Below are positions 28,800-40,807 of a DNA stretch of 64,000 bases, piece by piece. The notes beneath the pieces are model-generated. The model was not told the origin of the DNA, did no database searches, and saw only the letters and a list, made by a program, of their open reading frames with translations. Position 1 is the first letter of the stretch. Each line of letters begins with the position of its first letter. The stretch comes from Candidatus Cloacimonadales bacterium (GTDB taxonomy: Bacteria; Cloacimonadota; Cloacimonadia; Cloacimonadales; JAFGVF01). A program made the position numbers and the translations under genes. The stretch covers positions 256,001 to 320,000 of the forward strand of contig CAXXJV010000002.1 of assembly GCA_963663475.2 (NCBI GenBank). The letters run 5' to 3'.

Positions 28800-29807
28800 A
28801 TGGAAAAATTTAACTTTATACATAACCGTAAAATAACATATATTATTTCAACCATATTAGTTCTTGTAAGTATAGCTTCTTTAATTTTTATTGGTCCTAA
28901 TTGGTCAATTGACTTTACTGGTGGTCAGCAGATCATGGTAAAGATTGATCCTCTTAATCCAGATTTAGAGCAAATTAGTGTTGATGAAGTTAGAAGCGCT
29001 CTTGAAAAAGAGGGAATTGCAGATGCTGTAATTCAAAAACTCACTTACAAAATTGCTGATTCAGATAAAGAGATTAGTGATGGTGGAGAAAAAAGAAATG
29101 TAAAATCAGCTCTTTTCCTAATTAAAACTAGAGAAGCTGAAGAGATAGAAGGAAGTGATGAAGGATTAGGACAATCTGACATCCTTAGTGCTATTAGTAA
29201 AAACATCAAGGAATATAAAATTGATGACCAAGCTACTAATATTGAAATTGTGTCTGGATCAATTGGTAAAGAACTTAAGAGCAAGGCTTTTAACTCAGTT
29301 ATTATCGCTTTAGTTCTTATGGTTATATACATTGGTATTAGATTCCAGTTTAATTTTGGTATTGCAGCTATTATTGCTCTTTTCCATGATGTTATCATTG
29401 TGTTAGGCGTATTTAGCATCTTAGGTTTAGACCTTTCAGCTGCTATTATTGCTGCTATTCTTTCAATTGTGGGTTATTCTATTAATGATACTATTGTTGT
29501 ATTTGATAGAATTAGAGAAGACATGAGAAAGAGAAAGAGTGGTCAGGACTTAGACAATGTTTTCAATATTGCTATTAATAGAACAATCAGCAGAACTATT
29601 ATTACATCTGTAACTACATTAATTGCAGCTGTTTCTCTTTATGTTTTTGCTGGTATTGTTATCAGAGATTTTGCTTTTGCAATTATTATAGGTACTTTAA
29701 TTGGTACTTATTCATCAATCTTTGTTGCTAGTCCTATTGTGCTTGACTACTTCCATTCAAAACACAATGATTCTCACGTATTTAGTAGAATCTTAAAAAA
29801 GAATTAA
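28800..29807 (+). CDS. secF: Protein translocase subunit SecF
   Basis: IDFTGG, HDVII, GYSINDTIVVFDRIRE, GTYSSIFVA. Confidence 0.96.
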   Translation: MEKFNFIHNRKITYIISTILVLVSIASLIFIGPNWSIDFTGGQQIMVKIDPLNPDLEQISVDEVRSALEKEGIADAVIQKLTYKIADSDKEISDGGEKRNVKSALFLIKTREAEEIEGSDEGLGQSDILSAISKNIKEYKIDDQATNIEIVSGSIGKELKSKAFNSVIIALVLMVIYIGIRFQFNFGIAAIIALFHDVIIVLGVFSILGLDLSAAIIAAILSIVGYSINDTIVVFDRIREDMRKRKSGQDLDNVFNIAINRTISRTIITSVTTLIAAVSLYVFAGIVIRDFAFAIIIGTLIGTYSSIFVASPIVLDYFHSKHNDSHVFSRILKKN

Positions 29808-29839
29808 TTAGAAATTTAATTTTCTAAAAGATATTGTAT

Positions 29840-29873
29840 AAGAGCTAAGTTTATTTCTTAGCTCTTTTTTTTT
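29840..29873 (+). terminator. Terminator after secF
   Basis: AAGAGCTAAG-loop-CTTAGCTCTT followed by a long T tract. Confidence 0.8.
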
Positions 29874-29875
29874 AT

Positions 29876-30035
29876 CACAATAGTGTAGTAGAACTTTCGT
29901 GTAGAGTACAGATTATTCTAGCAAAATAGCTTATATAATTTTGACCTATATAATATATATATTCCTGAAAATTATGTAGCTTACTTTTGCAAAAGAAGAT
30001 AGTGCTATTCGCAAAGGTCTACTGCATTATTTGGA
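29876..30035 (-). mobile_element. MITE copy C (inverted relative to copy D)
   Basis: Reverse complement of 31323-31492 with long identical blocks; flanks TTTAT / CTTAT (degenerate target duplication). Confidence 0.8.
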
Positions 30036-30119
30036 CTTATAGAAAATATTCCTATCTTGAAGATTTTATTTGACCACAAACTCTAAGATAAAAGTATGAC
30101 CAAAAAAAGGGAAGGGAAA

Positions 30120-31331
30120 ATGGACTCATTAAAAAATTTGTATAAAATTGGCTTTGGACCCTCTAGTAGTCACACTATGGGACCAAGTAATGCTGCCTTA
30201 AGATTTAAAGAAGAGAATAATCAGGCTTATAAAATTGTTATTATCCTATATGGTTCTTTGGCAGCTACTGGCAAGGGCCACTTAACAGATAAAGCAATTA
30301 TGGAAATTATCAAGCCTATGGAATGTGAGATAATTTGGAAAGATAATGAATTTTTACCTCAACATCCTAATGGACTTAAGTTACAAGCTTATGATAAAGA
30401 AGATAAATTACTAAATGAAGAAACAGTTTATAGTATTGGCGGAGGGGCACTTCTCTATGAGGGACAAGTTGCCAAGTATGAATCATTCTATCCCTATCAA
30501 ACTATGGAAGAAATAATCACTTACTGCCAAAAAACAGGAAAATCCTTTTGGGAATATGTCTTTGAAAATGAAGATTACGATCTAAGTAACTATCTTACAG
30601 AAGTTTGGCATGTTATGAAAAAGGCAGTAGAAAGGGGACTCATAACTGAAGGTGTTTTACCAGGTGGACTTGGGGTTGCTAGAAAAGCTTATCAATACCA
30701 CAGGAAGGCACAGATAATGGGTAAACACTACAAACAATCTGGATATCTATATGCTTATGCTTTAGCTGTTGCTGAAGAAAATGCTTCGGCAAGTATGGTT
30801 GTGACTGCTCCAACCTGTGGTTCATCAGGTGTTTTACCTGGGATGCTCTATTTTTTACAAGAAGATATGCACCTAAGAGATGAAGAAATCATTAAAGCTC
30901 TTGCAACTGCTGGACTGGTAGGAAATTTAGTTAAACATAATGCCTCAATATCTGGGGCAGAAGTGGGTTGTCAAGGTGAGATAGGAACAGCCTGTTCAAT
31001 GGCTGCAGCAGCTGCCACACAATTAATGGGTGGGTCTATTCGCCAAATTGAATATGCAGCAGAAATAGGTCTGGAACATAATTTAGGATTGACCTGTGAT
31101 CCTATCTGTGGATTAGTGCAGATTCCTTGTATTGAAAGAAATGCTTTTGCTGTAAGATCAGCAATGTCTGCTTCAATCTATGCTCTATTTTCAGATGGAA
31201 CACATTTTGTAAAGTTTGATGAAGTGGTAAGAGTAATGAAACAGACTGGTCATGATATTCCATCTTTATATAAAGAGACTTCAGGTGGTGGTTTAGCTTT
31301 AGAATATAGTAAGCGAGATAAACCCAAATAA
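30120..31331 (+). CDS. sdaA: L-serine ammonia-lyase, Fe-S dependent, single chain
   Basis: GPSSSHTMGP, GSLAATGKGH, TAPTCG, GCQGEIG, GLTCDP, PCIERN. Confidence 0.95.
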   Translation: MDSLKNLYKIGFGPSSSHTMGPSNAALRFKEENNQAYKIVIILYGSLAATGKGHLTDKAIMEIIKPMECEIIWKDNEFLPQHPNGLKLQAYDKEDKLLNEETVYSIGGGALLYEGQVAKYESFYPYQTMEEIITYCQKTGKSFWEYVFENEDYDLSNYLTEVWHVMKKAVERGLITEGVLPGGLGVARKAYQYHRKAQIMGKHYKQSGYLYAYALAVAEENASASMVVTAPTCGSSGVLPGMLYFLQEDMHLRDEEIIKALATAGLVGNLVKHNASISGAEVGCQGEIGTACSMAAAAATQLMGGSIRQIEYAAEIGLEHNLGLTCDPICGLVQIPCIERNAFAVRSAMSASIYALFSDGTHFVKFDEVVRVMKQTGHDIPSLYKETSGGGLALEYSKRDKPK

Positions 31332-31492
31332 TGCAGTAGAATTTAAGGAAAAAGCGAATAGCACTATCTTCTTTTGCAAAAGTAAGCTACATAATTTTCA
31401 GGAATATATATATTATATGCCTTCAAATTCTGTAACTTATTTTGCTAAAAGAATCTAGCACTCTTCATCAAAGTTCTACTGCACCATTCGGG
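31323..31492 (+). mobile_element. MITE copy D (170 bp)
   Basis: Inverted ends CCCAAATAATGCAGTAGAATTT / AAAGTTCTACTGCACCATTCGGG; ATAAA duplicated at 31318-31322 and 31493-31497; overlaps the sdaA stop codon. Confidence 0.88.
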
Positions 31493-31602
31493 ATAAAAGG
31501 ATTTAGTTGTTTTTAGCTAAGGATATTTAAAGCTCTACTGAAAGCTTGGGATTAAACCTAAACTTTCCCAGAAAAATAAAAGATTCTCTTGTTTCATCAT
31601 TT

Positions 31603-31665
31603 ATCCTTCCTTTACGGTCTTTCGATGAAAGTCCGCTTTTCATCGAAAGACTGTAAAGGAAGGAT
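31603..31665. repeat. ~60-bp palindromic repeat, copy 2
   Basis: ATCCTTCCTTTACGGTCTTTCGATGAAA-GTCCGCT-TTTCATCGAAAGACTGTAAAGGAAGGAT. Confidence 0.9.
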
Positions 31666-31671
31666 TAGGGA

Positions 31672-32601
31672 TCATAAGGGGGTATTTGAAATTTTATTAG
31701 CTTTATTTTTACTCACTGCTTGAATTTCTTCCTGGATAGGATATGTGAGAAATTCAGAAACTGGAACAAGTTTGTAACCCATGAGAGAAGCTTGCTGGAT
31801 GAAGTAATTCAGTGATGTTTGCCTTTGTAAAGTACTTGCATGAGTAATTACCAAAATATCTTTACCTTCTTGAGAGTATTTAGATAATTTAGTTAAATAA
31901 TGTTCAACTGTTTCTATTGATGCATCTGGAACATCAAGGAAGATATTTCTTTTTGCACTTGGAATTCCAAGCTCAAGAGCTAAATCATAGGCTAGACTAT
32001 TGCCAATTGTAGCTGAATCTACAAAAAAAAGATTGTTTTCTTTACACCATTCAAGCACGGTTGTCATAACTTCTTTATCTGCAGTTGCTTTACTTCCCAT
32101 GTGATTATTGAGTCCTACTATTTTATCCAGTTGGCCATACATACTATTTAGTTTATTAATTATTGTTATTGCATCATCATCAGTTTGAATAACTTCTTGG
32201 CCAGCATTAATTTTTTCATTCAAAGGTTGCATTGGAGTATGTAAAAGTAGCTCTCTACCAGTATCTTGAAAAAACTCCATTACAAATTCAGAGTAAGGGA
32301 GATTAGGAAGTATAGCAAAAGCTACCTGGGGTGGTAACTGACCAAACTTAACTAACAAAGAATCTAACATAAAATTGTTATAATTACCAAAGTCATCAAT
32401 AATAATACTTAATTTTGGATAAACTTCTTCTTCTTCATTCTCAGTGGTAATTTCACTTTCTTTATCTAGCTCTTCCTGGTACAAAGTATCTGCAACTTCA
32501 TAAGCTGTCTCAACTTCTTTTACTTCTTTTTTCCCACAGGCTACTAGTACAAAAATAAATAGACAGCTTAGTAATATATTTAATTTTTTAATTTTTCCCA
32601 T
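31672..32601 (-). CDS. Divergent polysaccharide deacetylase family lipoprotein
   Basis: Lipobox LVAC; IIIDDFG, LLHTPMQP, GLNNHMGS, FFVDSAT, RNIFLD. Confidence 0.88.
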   Translation of the reverse strand: MGKIKKLNILLSCLFIFVLVACGKKEVKEVETAYEVADTLYQEELDKESEITTENEEEEVYPKLSIIIDDFGNYNNFMLDSLLVKFGQLPPQVAFAILPNLPYSEFVMEFFQDTGRELLLHTPMQPLNEKINAGQEVIQTDDDAITIINKLNSMYGQLDKIVGLNNHMGSKATADKEVMTTVLEWCKENNLFFVDSATIGNSLAYDLALELGIPSAKRNIFLDVPDASIETVEHYLTKLSKYSQEGKDILVITHASTLQRQTSLNYFIQQASLMGYKLVPVSEFLTYPIQEEIQAVSKNKANKISNTPL

Positions 32602-33071
32602 TTAACCTTATCTCCTATAATAATATAATTTTCCTGACAAAATCCAGCATTGACCTCTAAAACATATTTACTCAATAGGTCACTATGAATATTTTTTTCA
32701 GAAAAGGGTTTAGTATTTTCAGCTAAATCTACGATTACACCATCTTCATCTATAAAAATTAAATCCAAGGGTATGTGAGTATTCTTCATCCAGAAATTCA
32801 TTTCCTGTTGGTAGGGATAGATAAAGAGCATGCCCTGGTTATTTGCCATAGAATCTCGATACATCAAACCCTGCATCATTTCGCTGTCACTAATTGCAAA
32901 CTCAATTTCAATATGTAAAGAATCATGCATTTCTGAAGCTAGTATCCATAAATTACCCTCATGGTGAAAATCAATATTATGCTTAATATCCTGACAAGCC
33001 AGAAATGAAAGACTAACTAGGAATATGATAATAAATAATAAAGTCTTTTCTATTCGGAAATTATTTTGCAT
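32580..33071 (-). CDS. DUF192 family lipoprotein
   Basis: GLMYRDSM...GMLF...FWMKNTHIPLDLIF...YVLEVNAG; lipobox FLAC; ATG 33071 chosen over 33128. Confidence 0.85.
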   Translation of the reverse strand: MQNNFRIEKTLLFIIIFLVSLSFLACQDIKHNIDFHHEGNLWILASEMHDSLHIEIEFAISDSEMMQGLMYRDSMANNQGMLFIYPYQQEMNFWMKNTHIPLDLIFIDEDGVIVDLAENTKPFSEKNIHSDLLSKYVLEVNAGFCQENYIIIGDKVKWEKLKN

Positions 33072-33258
33072 TCTTGTTTTCAACTTGTTCAACTTTAATA
33101 GGATCTTGGCCTTTAGTGAGTTTATCACTCTCTTTACCCAAAATATGGATTACAGCTAATACAACTACAAGAAAAATTACTAGCATTATCATCTTGTTAC
33201 GATAATCTCTTTTAGCTCTTTTTTGAGCTTGTTCTCTTAGCTCATCTTGATAACTCAT
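33061..33258 (-). CDS. Small single-TM hypothetical protein
   Basis: 65 aa with one hydrophobic helix, AGGT RBS, first gene of the operon. Confidence 0.6.
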   Translation of the reverse strand: MSYQDELREQAQKRAKRDYRNKMIMLVIFLVVVLAVIHILGKESDKLTKGQDPIKVEQVENKNAK

Positions 33259-33503
33259 TTTATACCTCTAACTTTTTTTTATTATAAAAAAACAGACAAA
33301 AAAAGTTGTCAATAAAAGAATTTAAATTGCCTTTTTCTTACCTGGCTAAAAAGTATTAAAAAATACCTTAAAAAACTTACAAGAAATTTGAAAAAATACT
33401 AAAAAAAACAAGTAGATAAAATTAGGCTAAATGCTGATAAATAGTGGAATAAACACTAAGTAAAGTGTTAAGAAAAAAAAGAGTAAAAAAAGTGAAAAAT
33501 CTG

Positions 33504-33532
33504 TTGACAAAATAGATGATATTTGATAAATT
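33504..33532 (+). promoter_or_regulatory. Sigma70-type promoter for gyrBA
   Basis: TTGACA-17 nt-TAAATT. Confidence 0.6.
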
Positions 33533-33644
33533 GCCTATATGTAAATTACTGATGAATTTGTAACTTTTTTGAAGATATATTACAAATTTAACGACAGATT
33601 CTTATTAATGTAAGAAATCTGTTATAAATATTATAACTTATTAA

Positions 33645-35567
<1,923 letters not shown>

Positions 35568-35584
35568 ACTTAGGAGATTAATTA

Positions 35585-38071
35585 ATGGAAAAGACTAATG
35601 ATCCAAGAATAATAATTAGACAAATAGAAGATGAACTAAAAACATCATACTTAGACTATTCAATGAGTGTGATTGTTTCCCGTGCATTACCAGATGTAAG
35701 AGATGGCTTAAAACCTTCTCAAAGAAGAATCTTATTCGCTATGAATGAGTTAAATTTATCACCTGGTGGTCACTTTAGAAAATGTGCTAAAATCGCTGGT
35801 GATACATCAGGTAACTATCACCCTCATGGTGAACAGGTTGTCTATCCCACTCTTGTTAGATTAGCTCAAGACTGGAATCTTAGATATCCTCTAATCAACG
35901 GACAAGGTAACTTCGGTTCTATTGATGGTGACCCACCTGCTGCTATGCGTTATACAGAAGCTAGACTTCACAAGACTGCTGTTGATTTAATGGTCGATCT
36001 CGACAAAGATACTGTTGATTATAGATCTAACTATGATGAAACTAGAAAAGAACCTGAAGTTTTCCCTTCTAGATTACCAAACTTAATAGTCAATGGCTCC
36101 TCTGGTATTGCCGTAGGTATGGCTACTAATATGGCTCCTCACAATGTAGGTGAAGTATGTGATGCTATAATTGAAACTATTGATAATCCTGACATATCTG
36201 CAACTGATTTGATGCAAATTATTCCTGGTCCTGATTTCCCAACAGGCGGATATATTGTTGGAAGATCTGGTATTAAAGAATATTTTGAAACTGGCCGTGG
36301 TAAGCTAAAAGTTCGTGGTAAGGCAGATATTTTTACTGATAAGAAGAGTGGACAGGAATCTATTATTATTTCTGAAATCCCTTATATGTTAAATAAAACC
36401 TTGCTGATTGAAAAGATTGCTTCTTTAGTTAAAGATAAAAGAATCGAAGGTATTAGCGACATTAGAGACGAGTCTGGTAGAGATGGAATGAGACTGGTTA
36501 TTGTTGTTAAGAAAACTGCTGATGCTAATGTTGTTCTAAATAAACTTTATGCTTATTCTCAGTTGCAAAATACTTTCGGTGTGATTAACTTAGCCCTTGT
36601 TGAAGGTGTTCCTCAAGTTTTATCTATGAAAGAATTATTGGAAAATTTCATTTCCTTTAGACATGGTGTTATCATTCGTAGAACAAAGTATGAATTAGCC
36701 CAAACCGAAGCTAGATTACATATTCTTGAAGGTCTTAGAATTGCTCTTGATAATATTGATGCAATTATTAAAACTATCAGAGCTTCGGAAAGTACTCAAG
36801 ATGCTCGTGATAACCTTATGAGCGAATTCAGCTTAAGTGAAATTCAAGCTAAAGCAATTCTAGATATGAGACTTCAAAAGTTGACTGGTCTAGAAAGAGA
36901 TAAAATTGAAAATGAATATAAAGAATTATCTGCCCTAAGAGATAAACTCAATGAAATTCTTGCAAGTAGAGAATTGCAAATGAATATTATCAAAGAAGAA
37001 ACTCTGGAAATTAAAGAGAAATATGCAGATCCTCGTAGAACAAAAATTATTGAAGGTGAACTAACTCTTGATATGGAAGATCTAATTCCAGAAGAAGACG
37101 TTGTGGTTGTTATCAGTAATGAAGGTTACATTAAAAGAATGCCTGCTGATCTCTATAAGTCTCAAGGTCGTGGAGGAAGAGGATTATCAGGATCAAACCT
37201 CAAGGATACTGATTTTATTCAAAATATCTTCACTGCTTCAACCCATGATTATATTCTCTTCTTCACTGATTTTGGTAAATGTTACTGGCTAAAAGTTTAT
37301 CAGATACCATCAGTAGGAAGACAGGCAAGAGGTAAGGCGATAGTAAACCTAATTAATATCGCTAAAGAAGAAAATATTAAAGCAATTGTGGCAGTAAAAG
37401 AATTTGATGATTCTCATTATATTGTTATGGCTACCCGTAATGGTTTGTTAAAGAAAACTCTCCTAAGTGCTTACTCACGTCCTAGAACAAATGGAATCAT
37501 TGCAATAAAACTTGTTGATGGCGATGAACTCTTAGAAGCAAAACTAACTGATGGTACTAATGATATTATTTTAGCTACTCATAATGGCTATTGTAATAGA
37601 TTCTCTGAAGTTACAGCTAGACCTCTTGGTAGAAATTCTCAAGGTGTATGTGGTATAAAACTAAGAGAAGATGATTTTGTTGTTTCTATGATTGTGGTTG
37701 CTGAAAACTCAGAAGAAACTGTTCTTTCTATTAGTGAAAATGGTTATGGCAAGAGAACAAGCCTTACACAGTATAAAGTTACTAATAGGGGTACAAAAGG
37801 ATTCATTACTCTCAAGACTACTATGAGAAATGGTTACCTAGTTAAACTCTTAGATATTACTGATGATGATGATTTAATGATTACAACTCGTGGTGGTATG
37901 ATTATTAGACAATCAGGTGAATCTATCTCTTCAATTGGTAGAAATACTCAAGGTGTTAGACTTATCAATTTACTTAAGGATGATAAGGTCTTTGATGCTA
38001 CTAGGATTAGAAAAGAAGATGAAGATGATCAAGATGCAAATGTTGAAAATGAGTCTGAAGATAAAGAATAA
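35585..38071 (+). CDS. gyrA: DNA gyrase subunit A
   Basis: RALPDVRDGLKP, YHPHG, AAMRYTE, GyrA-box-like QGRGGRG. Confidence 0.98.
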   Translation: MEKTNDPRIIIRQIEDELKTSYLDYSMSVIVSRALPDVRDGLKPSQRRILFAMNELNLSPGGHFRKCAKIAGDTSGNYHPHGEQVVYPTLVRLAQDWNLRYPLINGQGNFGSIDGDPPAAMRYTEARLHKTAVDLMVDLDKDTVDYRSNYDETRKEPEVFPSRLPNLIVNGSSGIAVGMATNMAPHNVGEVCDAIIETIDNPDISATDLMQIIPGPDFPTGGYIVGRSGIKEYFETGRGKLKVRGKADIFTDKKSGQESIIISEIPYMLNKTLLIEKIASLVKDKRIEGISDIRDESGRDGMRLVIVVKKTADANVVLNKLYAYSQLQNTFGVINLALVEGVPQVLSMKELLENFISFRHGVIIRRTKYELAQTEARLHILEGLRIALDNIDAIIKTIRASESTQDARDNLMSEFSLSEIQAKAILDMRLQKLTGLERDKIENEYKELSALRDKLNEILASRELQMNIIKEETLEIKEKYADPRRTKIIEGELTLDMEDLIPEEDVVVVISNEGYIKRMPADLYKSQGRGGRGLSGSNLKDTDFIQNIFTASTHDYILFFTDFGKCYWLKVYQIPSVGRQARGKAIVNLINIAKEENIKAIVAVKEFDDSHYIVMATRNGLLKKTLLSAYSRPRTNGIIAIKLVDGDELLEAKLTDGTNDIILATHNGYCNRFSEVTARPLGRNSQGVCGIKLREDDFVVSMIVVAENSEETVLSISENGYGKRTSLTQYKVTNRGTKGFITLKTTMRNGYLVKLLDITDDDDLMITTRGGMIIRQSGESISSIGRNTQGVRLINLLKDDKVFDATRIRKEDEDDQDANVENESEDKE

Positions 38072-38136
38072 ATAAATATTACTTGACATTTAATCCTACA
38101 ATATCATGATAAGATATAAAAAACTGGAGGAATTTA

Positions 38137-39021
38137 GTGCTACTACAAAAATATTTTGTAACCAGACAGAAATTAGTGGATGAAGCTCTTGCAAAATACT
38201 TTGATGACAAAGATAAAAATAGAAAGTATTTAAATGGAGCTATTAGATATTCTCTTCTTCTTGAGGGGAAAAGACTACGTCCCATCCTATTATTTGCTGT
38301 TTATGAGATGCTCAAAGGAAGAAAATCTACCAAATCTCTGGAAAAAATCATGCCAGTTGCTCTTGCACTAGAAATGGTTCATACAGCTTCTTTAGTCCAT
38401 GATGACCTTCCAAGTCTAGACAATGCTTCTGTTAGAAGAGGACAAGCAAGTAATCATGTCAAGTATGATCCTGCAACTGCTATTCTTGTTGGAGATGCTC
38501 TCATTACCAAAGCATTTGAAGTTCTTACAGAATTAAAAGATAAGGAACAGGCAGTGCAATGTGTCAGAATTCTTGCTAAATCAGTGTCAACTTCAGGCAT
38601 TATTGGTGGCCAAACAGTAGATTTAGAATCTAGAACTAAAAGTGTTAAGATTAATGTCCTAAAGTATATACATTTGAAAAAGACAGGAGCTCTTCTACAA
38701 GCAGCTACTGATATGGCTTGTACTCTATGTCAAGCTGAAGAAAATGTAATGATAACTTTAGGAAATTATGCTCTAAATCTAGGTTTATCATATGAAATAA
38801 TTAATGATATTCTTGATGATATGGGAGCCTTAGATATTATTGATAAGGACAATACTTCAAGAGCTAGTAACAGGGCTAACTATGCCAGCCTCATTGGAGT
38901 TGAAACTGCTAAAAAGAATGCTGAGAAATTATTGTCAGATGCCTATAAAATGGTTAAAAACTTCGAAAATAACGATATCTTAATTGAACTAATCAACCTT
39001 GTAAAAGAGAGATTACCTTAG
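38137..39021 (+). CDS. ispA: Polyprenyl (farnesyl/geranylgeranyl) diphosphate synthase family
   Basis: GKRLRP, HDDLPSLD..RRG, GGQ.VD, KTGALL; second Asp motif is degenerate (NDILD). Confidence 0.8.
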   Translation: MLLQKYFVTRQKLVDEALAKYFDDKDKNRKYLNGAIRYSLLLEGKRLRPILLFAVYEMLKGRKSTKSLEKIMPVALALEMVHTASLVHDDLPSLDNASVRRGQASNHVKYDPATAILVGDALITKAFEVLTELKDKEQAVQCVRILAKSVSTSGIIGGQTVDLESRTKSVKINVLKYIHLKKTGALLQAATDMACTLCQAEENVMITLGNYALNLGLSYEIINDILDDMGALDIIDKDNTSRASNRANYASLIGVETAKKNAEKLLSDAYKMVKNFENNDILIELINLVKERLP

Positions 39022-39025
39022 ACCC

Positions 39026-39835
39026 ATGAAAATTATTGATTTGCATACACACATTTTACCAAATGTTGATGATGGCTCTGATTCATTAGAGAAAACCATT
39101 GAACATTTGCATACTATTTCAGAAGCTGGGGTTGAGAAGCTTTTTCTCACCCCCCATTATATGTTGGGAAAATTTGCTAATTCAAAAGCAAATGTTAAAA
39201 AAGAGTATGAGAAATTAAAGGATTCTGTTAAAGATTCTTTAATTAATACACAAGTACTTCTTGGGGCAGAAGTATATTGTGATGATACATTAATAAATCA
39301 AGTTATAGAGGAGAGATTGACTTTAGGTGATTCAAATTATGTGCTTTTTGAGACATCTTTGAATGACACTAGTGATAATTCTAAAAAGTTCATTTATGAA
39401 CTGCAAATGAATCGTTTTAGACCTATCTTAGCTCATCCAGAGCGCTATAGTTATGTTCAATCCCATCCTCATATTGTTAAAGAGTTTATGAATAGGGATG
39501 TCTTACTTCAAGTTAATGCTTCTAGTTTACTTGGTTATCATGGCAAAAAAGTTAAGTATATTGCTTGGAATTTAGTATATAAAGGCTATGCTCATTTTGT
39601 TGCATCTGATGATCATTGTAGACATTCAGATTATATTCTTAAGAAGGCCTATTATAAGGTGGCTGATAAGATTGATGAAAGAACAGCTGATTTGCTATTT
39701 TATACAAACCCCTTAAAAGTCTTTAATAATCAAGAAATTGATACTTTTTATGTAGAGGTTAGAGAAGAGAGTAATAATAAGCACCGGAGGCATAGGCCTT
39801 GGTGGAAGAAATTATTATCTTTTACAATAGGATAG
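39026..39835 (+). CDS. PHP-family tyrosine phosphatase (CpsB/CapC/YwqE-like)
   Basis: IDLHTHILPNVDDG, TPH, GAE, LAHPERY, ASDDH. Confidence 0.9.
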   Translation: MKIIDLHTHILPNVDDGSDSLEKTIEHLHTISEAGVEKLFLTPHYMLGKFANSKANVKKEYEKLKDSVKDSLINTQVLLGAEVYCDDTLINQVIEERLTLGDSNYVLFETSLNDTSDNSKKFIYELQMNRFRPILAHPERYSYVQSHPHIVKEFMNRDVLLQVNASSLLGYHGKKVKYIAWNLVYKGYAHFVASDDHCRHSDYILKKAYYKVADKIDERTADLLFYTNPLKVFNNQEIDTFYVEVREESNNKHRRHRPWWKKLLSFTIG

Positions 39836-40795
39836 ATGAGAAAGAAAGTTCTAATCACAAACTTACAGAGCTATATTGGCTCTAAATTTTGTAGTGGTAT
39901 TAGTAATAAGGGTTGCGATTATTACGCATTTTATCCTGAAGGCCAAGACCCTCAGAAATATGCGAGTATAAGCAAAAAAATCTTACTAATACCACTAAAT
40001 CTTGCCAACACACTCATTCTTAAAAAACACTTTCAAATGAATGATTATGATACAATTATTCATATTCCTGATTTTCATGCAAACTTAAAAAAAAGTAGAA
40101 ATCATTTACGAATAGCAAATGTTTTTTCTACTCAACAAATTATTGAATATTGTCTTAAGTCTGGAGCAAAATTAATATATTGTTCCTCCGTTGCTATTTA
40201 TGGGAACTCCCCCTTTGAATTGCCTAGTAATGACCTCTCTGAAAAAATCATCTTTGGACATCGTACAAAAATGATAGCAGAAATAGAGTCAAATATAGAG
40301 AGAAGTAGGCTAAAAGGTTTGCAGGCAATTATTTTGCGACCAGCTATTATCTATGGTCAAGGTTCTACTGGATTCTTTGCTACATTAATGAAATTAGTTA
40401 AATACAGGTTGTTACCCAAGGTAAATGAAAGAATTTACATTCACCTTTGCAACATAGAGCTGTTGAATACTATCATAGCTAAGGCCATTTTCAATGAAGA
40501 TGTTTATGGTAAAAACTACAATGTAGCAGATAAAGAACCTGTAATTTTAAAAGAGTTGCTTGATTTTATCAGTTATCAGTACAGGAAAAAAGATTATAAA
40601 ACAATTTTACAGTTGAATCTTTATATAGGTAGAAACATAGCAAATTTATTTTACAGACTAAACTGGTCTTTTGCAGGTAACTTTATGGAGCGGATTACTC
40701 ACAATTGGTTTTATGATATTGAGGACTTAGAAAAAGATTTTTCTTTTACGAAAACAGACACTTTTTCTTCAATAACTAATTTATTTGATAAGTAG
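39836..40795 (+). CDS. Extended-SDR epimerase/dehydratase-like protein (degenerate)
   Basis: SSVAIYG and LRPAIIYG present; GxxGxxG and YxxxK not conserved. Confidence 0.7.
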   Translation: MRKKVLITNLQSYIGSKFCSGISNKGCDYYAFYPEGQDPQKYASISKKILLIPLNLANTLILKKHFQMNDYDTIIHIPDFHANLKKSRNHLRIANVFSTQQIIEYCLKSGAKLIYCSSVAIYGNSPFELPSNDLSEKIIFGHRTKMIAEIESNIERSRLKGLQAIILRPAIIYGQGSTGFFATLMKLVKYRLLPKVNERIYIHLCNIELLNTIIAKAIFNEDVYGKNYNVADKEPVILKELLDFISYQYRKKDYKTILQLNLYIGRNIANLFYRLNWSFAGNFMERITHNWFYDIEDLEKDFSFTKTDTFSSITNLFDK

Positions 40796-40807
40796 GTTTT
40801 AATAAAG

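Noticed and set aside
29876-31492. Composite transposon carrying sdaA
   Set aside because: Each MITE has its own flanking duplication and the outer flanks (TTTAT, ATAAA) are not direct repeats, so independent insertions fit better.
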